NCBI GenBank assembly: GCA_934631055.1
Contig: CAKTXP010000001.1
Span: 1-46,132 of the forward strand
DNA length: 46,132 nt
Source: an uncultured Clostridia bacterium
Lineage (GTDB): Bacteria > Bacillota > Clostridia > Christensenellales > Aristaeellaceae
Reading direction: 5' to 3'
The position numbers were made by a program, and so were the translations under genes. Shown here piece after piece: positions 17,576 to 27,149 of this stretch; positions within the stretch are counted from its first letter, which is position 1; every line of letters begins with the position of its first letter. The notes under the pieces were generated by a model. It had not been told where the DNA came from. It saw only the letters and a list, made by a program, of their open reading frames with translations, and made no database searches.

Positions 17576-18725
17576 ATTCTTTTTTCTCACTTTCTGAGTA
17601 TTGTGGACACAGTGGATAACAGAGCAGCCAGCCGCAGAGGATCAGCTCGATCATGGACGCACACTGGCGCAGTGTGACATAGTAAGTATTATCGACGTTT
17701 GCACGTCCAATACCGGCAATCAGAAGTCCGGCAAGGAATACTCCGTCCGCAAGAAGGGGCAGAGCAACTCGAAGATCAAATCGCCTGCTGTCCATTGTCC
17801 AAAGCACGATCATGACAAGCAGAGAGAGAATCAGTATCCCCAGACCGATCTGCGAGAAGAAGAAAAGCGAGCTGTATGCGCCGCGCTCGAATTCACCGAG
17901 AAACGTTTCCGCTACGCACAGAACAGCGCTGATAAGCGGCGCGATGGTCACGGCACTCATACGGTCGCGGATACGGGCAAAGAAATAAATAACAATGCCC
18001 AATGCCGCAAAAGCAGACAAAATCTGAGAAATGCGAACAAATTCGCTGATGAAGGTTAAGCTGTCGTTACGCAGTCCCTCGATCACCGTCCGTCCGGAGC
18101 AATACAGAAGCAGATACCAGCAGAATACATCGCCGTTGCGGCGGATATGTCTGCGGACGCATAAAAGCAGGACAAAAACAAGCATATCCCAGCAGAATTC
18201 ATAGAAGAATGTTGCCATATGCCAGTACCAGACTTCGCCCACCGGAATTTCAACGGCAAACGGGAAGAATTGAAGGAATTCTTCGGAAACGCGGAGACCG
18301 TATGCTTCCATATTGATATAGTTTCCCCAGCGCCCGATTCCCTGACTCAGCACGAGAGCAGGAGCGATTACATCAAGCAGGGTCAGCATGGATATCTTGT
18401 GCTTTTTGCTGACCAATTTTGCGGCGATAAGCCCGCCGATTACGCCGCCGTAGATGGCAAGTCCGCCTTCGCGGATGTTAAAGATGGAGAATAGGTCGTC
18501 GCTGTAATCGTTAAAGCGGAAAGCTACATAATATAGTCTGGCGCAGATAATGCCCAGCGGGATGGCGTAGAGCATGAAATCCAATATGGTATCTTGGGGT
18601 AAATGGATGCGGCGCGCTTCATTGCTGCAAAGGAAATAGGAGATAAGGATTGCGCCAACGATCAAAATAGCGTACCAGCTGATGCCGAAAAAGGCAATGC
18701 GGTCGATAATGGGTCTGCTGAGCAT
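17568..18725 (-). CDS. lgt: Prolipoprotein diacylglyceryl transferase with a ~130-aa extra C-terminal membrane domain
   Basis: Lgt signature GRWGNYINMEAYG. GGAGG SD lies 6 nt before ATG 18723-18725 (MLSRPIIDRIAFFGISWY). The ORF-track TTG at 18746 would include the SD in the coding sequence. Confidence 0.85.
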   Translation of the reverse strand: MLSRPIIDRIAFFGISWYAILIVGAILISYFLCSNEARRIHLPQDTILDFMLYAIPLGIICARLYYVAFRFNDYSDDLFSIFNIREGGLAIYGGVIGGLIAAKLVSKKHKISMLTLLDVIAPALVLSQGIGRWGNYINMEAYGLRVSEEFLQFFPFAVEIPVGEVWYWHMATFFYEFCWDMLVFVLLLCVRRHIRRNGDVFCWYLLLYCSGRTVIEGLRNDSLTFISEFVRISQILSAFAALGIVIYFFARIRDRMSAVTIAPLISAVLCVAETFLGEFERGAYSSLFFFSQIGLGILILSLLVMIVLWTMDSRRFDLRVALPLLADGVFLAGLLIAGIGRANVDNTYYVTLRQCASMIELILCGWLLCYPLCPQYSESEKKEYA

Positions 18726-18784
18726 GAATGTCCTCCTGTCCGGCAAAGCCGAAAAGTCAATCTAAAACCAAGTTTATCCTTGTT

Positions 18785-18813
18785 AGTATACAGCCCGACT
18801 ATCAGACTGTCAA
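18785..18813 (-). promoter_or_regulatory. Sigma-A promoter of the lgt-pncB-recX operon
   Basis: On the minus strand: TTGACA (18813-18808), 17-nt spacer, TATACT (18790-18785). Confidence 0.65.
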
Positions 18814-18862
18814 GGAATGGTTGAGCTTATACATCTTATGCAAAGAAAGTTCACATTTTCTC

Positions 18863-19575
<713 letters not shown>

Positions 19576-19581
19576 AAACAG

Positions 19582-19612
19582 AGGGCATGTCGAAAAGGCA
19601 TGCCTTTTCTGT
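19582..19612 (+). terminator. Terminator of upp
   Basis: AGGGCATG (19582-19589) pairs with CATGCCTT (19599-19606), followed by TTTTCTGTT. Confidence 0.6.
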
Positions 19613-19634
19613 TCCCTTTTAAAATCGCGCGTTC

Positions 19635-19663
19635 TTGCTAGTCATGCGGCTTTATGCTATAAT
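19635..19663 (+). promoter_or_regulatory. Sigma-A promoter (extended -10) of the glycosyltransferase gene
   Basis: TTGCTA (19635-19640), 17-nt spacer ending in TGc, TATAAT (19658-19663). Confidence 0.65.
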
Positions 19664-19699
19664 GATCAAAAAGTTAAACGATAGATCACAGGAGAATGA

Positions 19700-20671
19700 A
19701 TGATGAAAGATCATATCGCTGTTTTAATTCCATGTTATAACGAAAGCCGCACGATCGAAAAAGTCGTCAGGGATTTTCGACGGGTCCTGCCGGAAGCCGT
19801 CATTTATGTTTACGATAACAATTCCAGCGATGGCACCGGTGAAATTGCTGCGCGCGCAGGCGCAGTTGTTCGCAGAGAACGCATGCAGGGAAAGGGAAAT
19901 GTTATCCGCAGAATGTTTCGGGAGATCGACGCAGACTGCTATCTGATGGTGGATGGAGATGACACATATCCCGCGGAGGATGCTCCGGCAATGGTATCGG
20001 CCGTCCTTGATGAACAGGCGGATATGGTTGTCGGCGACAGGCTGTCCAGCACCTACTTTACGGAAAACAAAAGACCTTTTCACAGTATGGGAAACGGGCT
20101 TGTGCGCGCGTCCATCAACCGCCTTTTCGGGAGCGATGTAAAGGATATCATGACGGGATATCGCGCATTCAGCTATGCGTTTGTTAAAACGTATCCCGTA
20201 CTCTCCAAGGGCTTTGAGATTGAGACGGATATGACTATTCATGCCATCAACCGGCGCATGCAGGTTGCTAACGTAGTCGTTTCATACAGGGATCGGCCTG
20301 ACGGAAGCGAATCGAAGCTGAATACATATCAGGACGGAGCAAAGGTTTTGATGACTATTGCGCGGCTTTACAAAAACTATCGCCCTTTTGCGTTCTTTGG
20401 TCTGCTTGCGCTGATTCTCGCGCTTCTTTCCATTGGATTCATGATTCCGGTCTTGCTGGAATTTGCTCAGACCGGATTGGTTCCTCGGTTCCCGACGTTG
20501 ATAGCGTGCTGCGTAACGATGCTGGCGGCGCTGCTGCTCTTTATTTCAGGTTTAATTCTCTCCACACTTCTAGAAAAAGATAAACGTGATTTTGAATTCC
20601 AGCTTCAGCAAGTGACAAACCGATATCGCCAGATGAATGAAACCCTACAGGTAAACAAGGCATCTGCCTGA
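19700..20671 (+). CDS. Family 2 glycosyltransferase with two C-terminal TM helices (GtrB/CsbB/DPM1-like polyprenyl-phosphate glycosyltransferase)
   Basis: IPCYNES, DNNSSDGT, MVDGDDTYP (DxD) motifs. C-terminal hydrophobic helices FAFFGLLALILALLSIGF and TLIACCVTMLAALLLFISGLIL. Confidence 0.85.
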   Translation: MMKDHIAVLIPCYNESRTIEKVVRDFRRVLPEAVIYVYDNNSSDGTGEIAARAGAVVRRERMQGKGNVIRRMFREIDADCYLMVDGDDTYPAEDAPAMVSAVLDEQADMVVGDRLSSTYFTENKRPFHSMGNGLVRASINRLFGSDVKDIMTGYRAFSYAFVKTYPVLSKGFEIETDMTIHAINRRMQVANVVVSYRDRPDGSESKLNTYQDGAKVLMTIARLYKNYRPFAFFGLLALILALLSIGFMIPVLLEFAQTGLVPRFPTLIACCVTMLAALLLFISGLILSTLLEKDKRDFEFQLQQVTNRYRQMNETLQVNKASA

Positions 20672-20696
20672 ACCGGAAGTGGATTGACGACAGCAA

Positions 20697-21680
20697 ATGG
20701 ACAGAGAAACTTTTGCAGCTTTAGCCCGTCAAGCTGGTTTTGGCAGGACGGGGTTTTGCAGCACACGGGAATTTAGCATCGAGCGGCAGCGGGTGATGGA
20801 ATCACCGCCGATTGATGAGAGAAAACAGCTGCGTTTTGAACCTGAGGCAGATTATCCGCAGGCAAAGAGCTTGGCGGTTCTTCTATGGGAATATACGCCT
20901 GCCGGAGAGGAAGCAGCCGATTGCGTACAGGTGGATGGCTATTACTTTGCATCAAACGCCGCATATCACGCCGCGAGAAAGCTGGAAGAGCAGGTACGCG
21001 CAAGCGGGGGTTTTGCGCAGGCAAATGTTTCCTATCCGGCGAGAGAAGCAGCTATACGCGCAAAAATGGGCATCATCGGAAACAACGGTCTGCTGATAAC
21101 GCCTGAATTTGGAACGCGTGTCGTTATCATTTTAATGGCAACGGATATCGAAGCTGAACAACAGGATCAGGCGGCAGAGCATGCCGGTCATTGCCTGCGC
21201 TGCAGAAAATGTGCGAAAGCCTGTCCCGCAGGCGCAATTGATTCTTCAGGTATGCGTTTTCCAGAGAAATGCATCCGTAATTTCATGATGGAAGGCGTCG
21301 TTGTTCCGGAACACTTGCGCGCAAAAATGGGTAGACGGCTGGTCGGATGCGATATTTGCCAACGCGTATGTCCCATGCAGCCGAGGTTTGCGCAGGGAAA
21401 AACGCTGGGATTGAGGCTTGATGAACTGGTGACACTGGAGCAAACCGAGTTTTCGCAGGCGATTGCGAAGCTCTCCGGTGAAATCGGAAGGAATGCGGCG
21501 CGTCCTCAACGCGTCCGCGCACAGGCGGCACTGCTTGCTGGAAACAGCCGTGATGCCAAATATCTGCCAGTGCTGCGCGAATGGGCTAAACTGCCGTTTG
21601 AGGCAGTCAGCGAACATGCACGATGGGCGATTGAACAGATTGAACCGTCAGGTCTTGACCGAAGCGAAAAAACAGATTAA
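20697..21680 (+). CDS. queG: QueG-like epoxyqueuosine reductase / double [4Fe-4S] protein
   Basis: CLRCRKCAKACP and CDICQRVCP ferredoxin motifs, plus a C-terminal HEAT-like segment (LPVLREWAK...EHARWAIEQI). Shorter than canonical QueG, so the function assignment is tentative. Confidence 0.6.
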   Translation: MDRETFAALARQAGFGRTGFCSTREFSIERQRVMESPPIDERKQLRFEPEADYPQAKSLAVLLWEYTPAGEEAADCVQVDGYYFASNAAYHAARKLEEQVRASGGFAQANVSYPAREAAIRAKMGIIGNNGLLITPEFGTRVVIILMATDIEAEQQDQAAEHAGHCLRCRKCAKACPAGAIDSSGMRFPEKCIRNFMMEGVVVPEHLRAKMGRRLVGCDICQRVCPMQPRFAQGKTLGLRLDELVTLEQTEFSQAIAKLSGEIGRNAARPQRVRAQAALLAGNSRDAKYLPVLREWAKLPFEAVSEHARWAIEQIEPSGLDRSEKTD

Positions 21681-21714
21681 AATAAAATGGATTGTGATAT
21701 AGGGAGGAACAGTT

Positions 21715-23556
21715 TTGCTCAAAGAACAGATTGACAGCCTGCTTGACCGCGTACAAAAGCCTGCGCGTTATATGGGCGGCGAAATGAACTGTGTGCTGAA
21801 AGATCCGAACAGTGTGGATATCCGCTATGCTTTTGCGTTCCCGGATGTTTACGAGGTGGGTATGAGCCACCTCGGTTCGCGCATTTTATACGATATTATC
21901 AACAAACGTCAGGACGCGCTTTGTGAGCGCGTCTTTATGCCGTGGGTAGACATGGCAGATCTGATGCGTAAAGAAGGCGTCCCTCTGTTTTCAATTGAAA
22001 CGCGTTCGCCGATTGGCGGATTTGACATGCTTGGTTTTACGCTTCAATATGAAATGAGCTACACCAACATTCTGGAAATGCTCGATCTGTCGGGAATTCC
22101 TTTGCGCAGCGAGGATAGAACTTGGGATCATCCGATCGTCATTGCAGGCGGTCCGTGCGCATTCAATCCTGAACCGCTTTATGCATTTATTGACGCGTTT
22201 TCTATCGGCGATGGCGAAATCAGCACGCTTGAAACGATAGACGTAGTTAAGCAGTGTAAGCAGGAGGGCGTTTCTCGTCAGGAGTGTCTGCGCCGTCTGG
22301 CTAAACTGCATGGCGTATATGTTCCGAGCCTTTACCGTGCTGAATATCACGAAGACGGAACGCTGGCTTCTTTTGAGCCGACCGAGGAAGGCGTCCCCCG
22401 TACAGTCGTCAAAAACATGATCGCGGATATCGACAAAGCGGATTATCCGGAGAGCATCATCGTTCCTTATATGGAAATCGTTCATGACCGCATCAATATT
22501 GAAGTTTTGCGCGGCTGTACGCGCGGCTGCCGTTTCTGTCAGGCGGGCATGATCTATCGTCCGGTGCGCGAACGCAGCGTTGAGCATTTGCTTGAATTGG
22601 CTCAAAAGCTGGTTGATGCGACGGGTTACGAAGAAATCACCCTGTCTTCTCTGTCTACGGGGGATTATACCTGTCTGCCAGAACTGGCGCATAAGCTGAT
22701 GGATAAATTCCAGGAGGAACGCATTGCGTTGTCCCTGCCCAGTCTGCGTCTTGACAGCAAACTAAAAGAAACGCTTGAAGAAACGCAGAAAGTCCGAAAG
22801 ACCAGCTTAACCTATGCGATGGAAGCCGGAACACAGCGTCTCCGTGACGTTATCAACAAAGGCATTACGGAGGAAAACCTGATGTCTTCGGTCGGCGATG
22901 CGTTTGCAGGCGGCTGGAGCAGTGTAAAACTGTACTTCATGTTTGGTCTGCCAACGGAAACGACGGAGGATTTAAACGGCATTGCCGATCTGGCTTCCAA
23001 AGTGGTCCGCAAGTATTTTGAGACGCCGAAGAGTGTTCGTGCACGCGGTCTGCGCGTCAATTGTTCGGCGAGCTGCTTTGTCCCCAAGCCGTTTACGCCG
23101 TTCCAGTGGGAACCGCAGGACACTATTGAGCAGTTTGAGGAAAAGCAGAAACACTTGTGCCAGATCATGCACATTAAAGGCGTTGAATTCAACTGGCATA
23201 CGCCGCAGGTTTCGTTCCTCGAAGCGTGTTTTGCGCGGGGAGATCGAAAGATGGCGGATGTGCTGGAGGCTGCTTGGCGTCTGGGCTGTCGATTTGATGG
23301 ATGGACGGATCAGTTCAGCTTTGAAAACTGGATGAAGGCGTTTGAACAGTGCGGGGTGGATCCGGCGTTCTATGCAAACCGCCGCCGCGAGAAAGGCGAA
23401 CTTCTTCCGTGGTCGTTTATTGACGCAGGCGTTACGGAAGCATATCTGTGGCGCGAACATGAACGCGCTATGCGCGCAGAGACAACGCCGGACTGCCGCA
23501 AGGGTTGTCAGGGATGCGGTATGAAGCGATTTGAAGGAGCGTGTGAAGGACGATGA
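21715..23556 (+). CDS. Uncharacterised B12-binding-domain radical SAM protein (TIGR03960-type)
   Basis: CTRGCRFCQAGMIYRP CxxxCxxC motif, 613 aa. GGGAGGA SD 21702-21708 lies 6 nt before TTG 21715. Confidence 0.85.
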   Translation: MLKEQIDSLLDRVQKPARYMGGEMNCVLKDPNSVDIRYAFAFPDVYEVGMSHLGSRILYDIINKRQDALCERVFMPWVDMADLMRKEGVPLFSIETRSPIGGFDMLGFTLQYEMSYTNILEMLDLSGIPLRSEDRTWDHPIVIAGGPCAFNPEPLYAFIDAFSIGDGEISTLETIDVVKQCKQEGVSRQECLRRLAKLHGVYVPSLYRAEYHEDGTLASFEPTEEGVPRTVVKNMIADIDKADYPESIIVPYMEIVHDRINIEVLRGCTRGCRFCQAGMIYRPVRERSVEHLLELAQKLVDATGYEEITLSSLSTGDYTCLPELAHKLMDKFQEERIALSLPSLRLDSKLKETLEETQKVRKTSLTYAMEAGTQRLRDVINKGITEENLMSSVGDAFAGGWSSVKLYFMFGLPTETTEDLNGIADLASKVVRKYFETPKSVRARGLRVNCSASCFVPKPFTPFQWEPQDTIEQFEEKQKHLCQIMHIKGVEFNWHTPQVSFLEACFARGDRKMADVLEAAWRLGCRFDGWTDQFSFENWMKAFEQCGVDPAFYANRRREKGELLPWSFIDAGVTEAYLWREHERAMRAETTPDCRKGCQGCGMKRFEGACEGR

Positions 23557-24236
23557 GAATGCTCATGCAGTTCCAGAAGGGCGATATCGTCCGTCATCTG
23601 GGCTTGTTGGATCTCCAGCGGACGATGCAGCGCGCACTTCGGCGCAGCAGTTTGCCAATCGCTTATTCCAACGGATTTAATCCGCACATTGTCATGTCTT
23701 TTGCTTCGGCGCTATCTTCCGGAATTCCCGGCGACGCTGAACTTCTGGATGTTTCCCTGCACAGCGAAACAACAGAAGAAGCTTGTATGGAAGCGATGAA
23801 CCGCGTTTTACCACCGGCTCTCCATGTATCCCGCGTTCGCCTTGTGGATGATCGGTTTCCTAAAGTGAGCGCGGCGCTTCGCCAGGCAGAGTATCGCATA
23901 ACGCTTTTCGGGGGAGATGCGCTGAAAATTGCGGAGGCAGTTCCGAACTTTCTTGCACAAGATGAAATCATGGCGCTTCGCAAAACCAAACGCGCAGAAA
24001 CCATGGTTAATATCCGTCCAATGATTCATCTGCTTGAAGCGCAGACGGATGCAGAGAAGAAGAGTGTAGTGTTGACTGCTCGTGTTTCCTTTGTGGAAGC
24101 GGCAACCCTTAAACCCGATTTACTGGTATCTTCGCTCTGCACATTCGCTGGCGTTGAAGTACCGAAATGTGAGATACGACGCACATGCCTGCTCGGAGAA
24201 AAAGACGGACAAAGCGTACCGCTGATTGATCTGTGA
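23553..24236 (+). CDS. Radical-SAM-linked protein (TIGR03936 / DUF2344 type)
   Basis: RHLGLLDLQRTMQRALRRSSLPIAYSNGFNPH signature. The ATG overlaps the upstream stop (ATGA at 23553-23556). Confidence 0.8.
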   Translation: MRMLMQFQKGDIVRHLGLLDLQRTMQRALRRSSLPIAYSNGFNPHIVMSFASALSSGIPGDAELLDVSLHSETTEEACMEAMNRVLPPALHVSRVRLVDDRFPKVSAALRQAEYRITLFGGDALKIAEAVPNFLAQDEIMALRKTKRAETMVNIRPMIHLLEAQTDAEKKSVVLTARVSFVEAATLKPDLLVSSLCTFAGVEVPKCEIRRTCLLGEKDGQSVPLIDL

Positions 24237-24237
24237 A

Positions 24238-25671
24238 ATGATGCGAAGAGAACTGATTATTGATTATTCGCCTTCTTACACAAGGGCGGCTGTGGTAGAG
24301 GATGGGCAGCTTTGCGAACTGCATATCGAATCTGAGAAAATCGACAAACAGACGGAAACGCTTTATTACGGACGCATACAGGCTGTTCGACCTTCTGTTC
24401 ATGCCGCTTTTGTGGATATCGGTCAGGAGCTTAATGCGTTTTTGCCGCTTGAAGACGGGCAGAAGCTTAAGGGCGGCGACATGCTTATCGTACAGGGCGT
24501 CGCAAAGCAGACAACGCAGAGCAAGGGACTGCGAATCAGTACACGGGTTAATCTGACAGGACAATGGCTGGTGCTGATTCCCGGCGAAAAAGGCGTTCAT
24601 ATCTCCAAAAAAGTCAAGGATGCTGCGCTTCGTGCTGATTTGGCAGAAATTGGAAAACAGATATGTCCGGAAGGATGCGCCATTATCATTCGGACAGCAT
24701 CCGAAAGCGTTACGCCCCAGCTGCTTCAACAAGAAGCGAATGAGCTGTATCAAAAGTGGCTGGATGCGAATCAAAAGGCAAAGGGAATGATTCGACCGGG
24801 TGTGCTGGCTGGTCCGACACCGCTTTATTTGAGACTTGTCCGCGATTTGGCTGGCAATCTGTCTAGGATCATCGTCAATGATGAAGGCTGTGTTTCTACA
24901 TTAAAACAAGCGCAGCAGGAAGGAAAGATTGCCGCTGAAACAGAGCTGCAATGCTTTAGAGAAAGCAACTCTCTGATTTTTGACTTCTTCAATTTAGAAA
25001 CGCAAATTGATAAAGCCCTGAAAAAGCGCGTATGGCTTCCCTGCGGCGGGTATCTGATCTTTGATTTTACAGAGGCGCTTACCGTAATCGACGTCAATTC
25101 CGGAAAGATGATTACCGGAAAAAACATGGAGGAAACGGCGCTTCGCGTCAATACGGAGGCGGTTTATGAAATCGCTCGCCAGCTTCGGCTTCGGGATGTC
25201 GGCGGCATTATCGTAATAGACCTGATCGATATGCAGAAAGACGTGAATCGTCACGCTGTACTGGATGCGCTGAAAAAGGCATTGAAAAGCGATCGGATGC
25301 CAACCAGCGTAGATGGCATCACAAAACTGGGGCTTTTGGAAATGACGCGCAGGCGTAAGAGCGAACAACTTCGCCGCGCGCTGCGGACAACATGCGGTTC
25401 TTGTTCCGGAGCCGGAGAAATCCTTGCTCCTGATGAAGTGGCAAGAAGGGCTGTCCGGCAGGTGCGAAGAATGGCAATTGCAGGACAGACAGGTCCGTTT
25501 GTCGTAAAGCTTTCAAATGAAGCGGCAAAGTTCCTTAAAACGATGCCTCAGCCTGAAAATTGTCCGCAGGTCTACGTTCAGGCGAGTAATCGGCATCCTG
25601 AGCGATTCGAAATCACGCAGCCCGGAAATGAAATGATTCCGGAAGATGCAACGGCACTTCAAAGAGAATAA
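24238..25671 (+). CDS. rng: Ribonuclease G/E family endoribonuclease
   Basis: S1 domain (YYGRIQAVRPSVHAAFVDIG), catalytic core (VIDVNSGK, GGIIVIDLIDM), Zn-link CGSCSGAG. The TTG at 24226 is an alternative start. Confidence 0.88.
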   Translation: MMRRELIIDYSPSYTRAAVVEDGQLCELHIESEKIDKQTETLYYGRIQAVRPSVHAAFVDIGQELNAFLPLEDGQKLKGGDMLIVQGVAKQTTQSKGLRISTRVNLTGQWLVLIPGEKGVHISKKVKDAALRADLAEIGKQICPEGCAIIIRTASESVTPQLLQQEANELYQKWLDANQKAKGMIRPGVLAGPTPLYLRLVRDLAGNLSRIIVNDEGCVSTLKQAQQEGKIAAETELQCFRESNSLIFDFFNLETQIDKALKKRVWLPCGGYLIFDFTEALTVIDVNSGKMITGKNMEETALRVNTEAVYEIARQLRLRDVGGIIVIDLIDMQKDVNRHAVLDALKKALKSDRMPTSVDGITKLGLLEMTRRRKSEQLRRALRTTCGSCSGAGEILAPDEVARRAVRQVRRMAIAGQTGPFVVKLSNEAAKFLKTMPQPENCPQVYVQASNRHPERFEITQPGNEMIPEDATALQRE

Positions 25672-25703
25672 ACACTAGATGTTGTAAAAGGAATTATCGA
25701 AAT

Positions 25704-27119
25704 ATGAAAAGAACTCAGGCTATTGAGCTTCCGGAAGAGGAAATCGCTCAGCAGAAAGAATGGATGAAGGAATTCGCGGCACTGGAAGATCGTCCGCGCA
25801 CATATTGTGTAGTGACATACGGCTGCCAGATGAATGCCCATGACAGCGAAACGCTGGAGGGTATGCTGGCGCAGATGGGGATGACGCCTGCGGAAAGCCG
25901 TGAAAAGGCTGACTTTGTGATTTTCAACACCTGTTGTGTGCGCGATAACGCGCAAAGGCGTGCGCTGGGCAATGTCGTATGGCTGAAAGAACTGAAAAAA
26001 ACGCGTCCTGAGCTGATGGTAGCCGTCTGCGGCTGCATGATGCAGCAGCCGGGAATGGGAGAGCAGATTCTCAAACAGTATCCGTTTGTTGACGTGGCTT
26101 TTGGCACGCATAACCTGTACCGCTTTGCGCAGCTTATGCTTAAAGCCGTTCAGACCAGACGGCGCGTAGTCGAGGTCATCGACGATGCGGAAGGCAGCAT
26201 TCCGGAAGATCTGCCTGTTCGCCGCAGCAGTCCATATCATGCGTATATCACGATCATGTATGGTTGCAACAATTTTTGTTCGTATTGCATCGTACCGTAT
26301 GTGCGCGGCCGTGAACGTTCGCGCGCTTCAGCCCGAATTCTGGAAGAGGCGCGCGAGCTGAAAGCGGACGGTGTTAAGGAAATCATGCTGCTGGGGCAAA
26401 ACGTCAATTCTTATGGATTGGATGTTGAAGGAGAATTGAGCTTTGCCCAGCTGCTTGCCGAATTGGATAAGATCGGTATTGAGCGGATCCGGTTTATGAC
26501 ATCGCACCCGAAGGATATTTCTGACGAATTGATTGATGTGATGGCTTCTTCCAAACACATCTGTCATGCGTTGCATCTGCCCGTTCAGCACGGCAGCAAT
26601 CGGATTTTAAAATCCATGAATCGTCGCTATACGCGGGAAAAGTACCTTGAGCGCGTTGAAGCAATCCGCAGCAAGGTACCGGATATCAGTTTAACGACAG
26701 ATTTGATCGTAGGCTATCCGGGCGAAACCGAAGAGGACTTTGAAGAAACCTGCTCGCTGGTTCAGCGGGTCGGCTATGACAGCGCGTTTACGTTCATTTA
26801 TTCTCCGCGCGTTGGAACTCGTGCAGCGGATATGGAAGATCAGATTCCGGAAGAAGTTTCTTCCCGCCGGATTCAAAAGCTGATTGCCATCCAAAAAGAT
26901 ATTACGCATGAGCGCTATGCCAAGTACATTGGACAAATCCATCATGTTCTCGTTGAAGAAGCTTCCCGCCGCGATGAAAATCAGATGGCTGGCAAAAACG
27001 AATACAACATCACGGTCAACTTCCCCGGAAGCAAAGATTTAGTTGGGCAAATCGTCAACGTAAAGATCACATCTGCGGGTGAAAGCACGCTGCGCGGCGA
27101 ACGAATTGAGGAAAACTAA
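25704..27119 (+). CDS. miaB: tRNA-i6A37 methylthiotransferase
   Basis: N-terminal YGCQMNAHDSE, radical SAM CNNFCSYCIVP, C-terminal TRAM domain (VNVKITSAGESTLRGE). Confidence 0.93.
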   Translation: MKRTQAIELPEEEIAQQKEWMKEFAALEDRPRTYCVVTYGCQMNAHDSETLEGMLAQMGMTPAESREKADFVIFNTCCVRDNAQRRALGNVVWLKELKKTRPELMVAVCGCMMQQPGMGEQILKQYPFVDVAFGTHNLYRFAQLMLKAVQTRRRVVEVIDDAEGSIPEDLPVRRSSPYHAYITIMYGCNNFCSYCIVPYVRGRERSRASARILEEARELKADGVKEIMLLGQNVNSYGLDVEGELSFAQLLAELDKIGIERIRFMTSHPKDISDELIDVMASSKHICHALHLPVQHGSNRILKSMNRRYTREKYLERVEAIRSKVPDISLTTDLIVGYPGETEEDFEETCSLVQRVGYDSAFTFIYSPRVGTRAADMEDQIPEEVSSRRIQKLIAIQKDITHERYAKYIGQIHHVLVEEASRRDENQMAGKNEYNITVNFPGSKDLVGQIVNVKITSAGESTLRGERIEEN

Positions 27120-27149
27120 AACTGCGGTTAAACCGAGAGAGGATTAAAT

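Noticed and set aside
17601-17620. DnaA-box-like sequences (TGTGGACAC and GTGGATAAC) close together.
   Set aside because: They are imperfect matches (8/9 at best) inside the lgt/pncB coding overlap. There is no AT-rich unwinding element or cluster of boxes. Chance occurrence is most likely.
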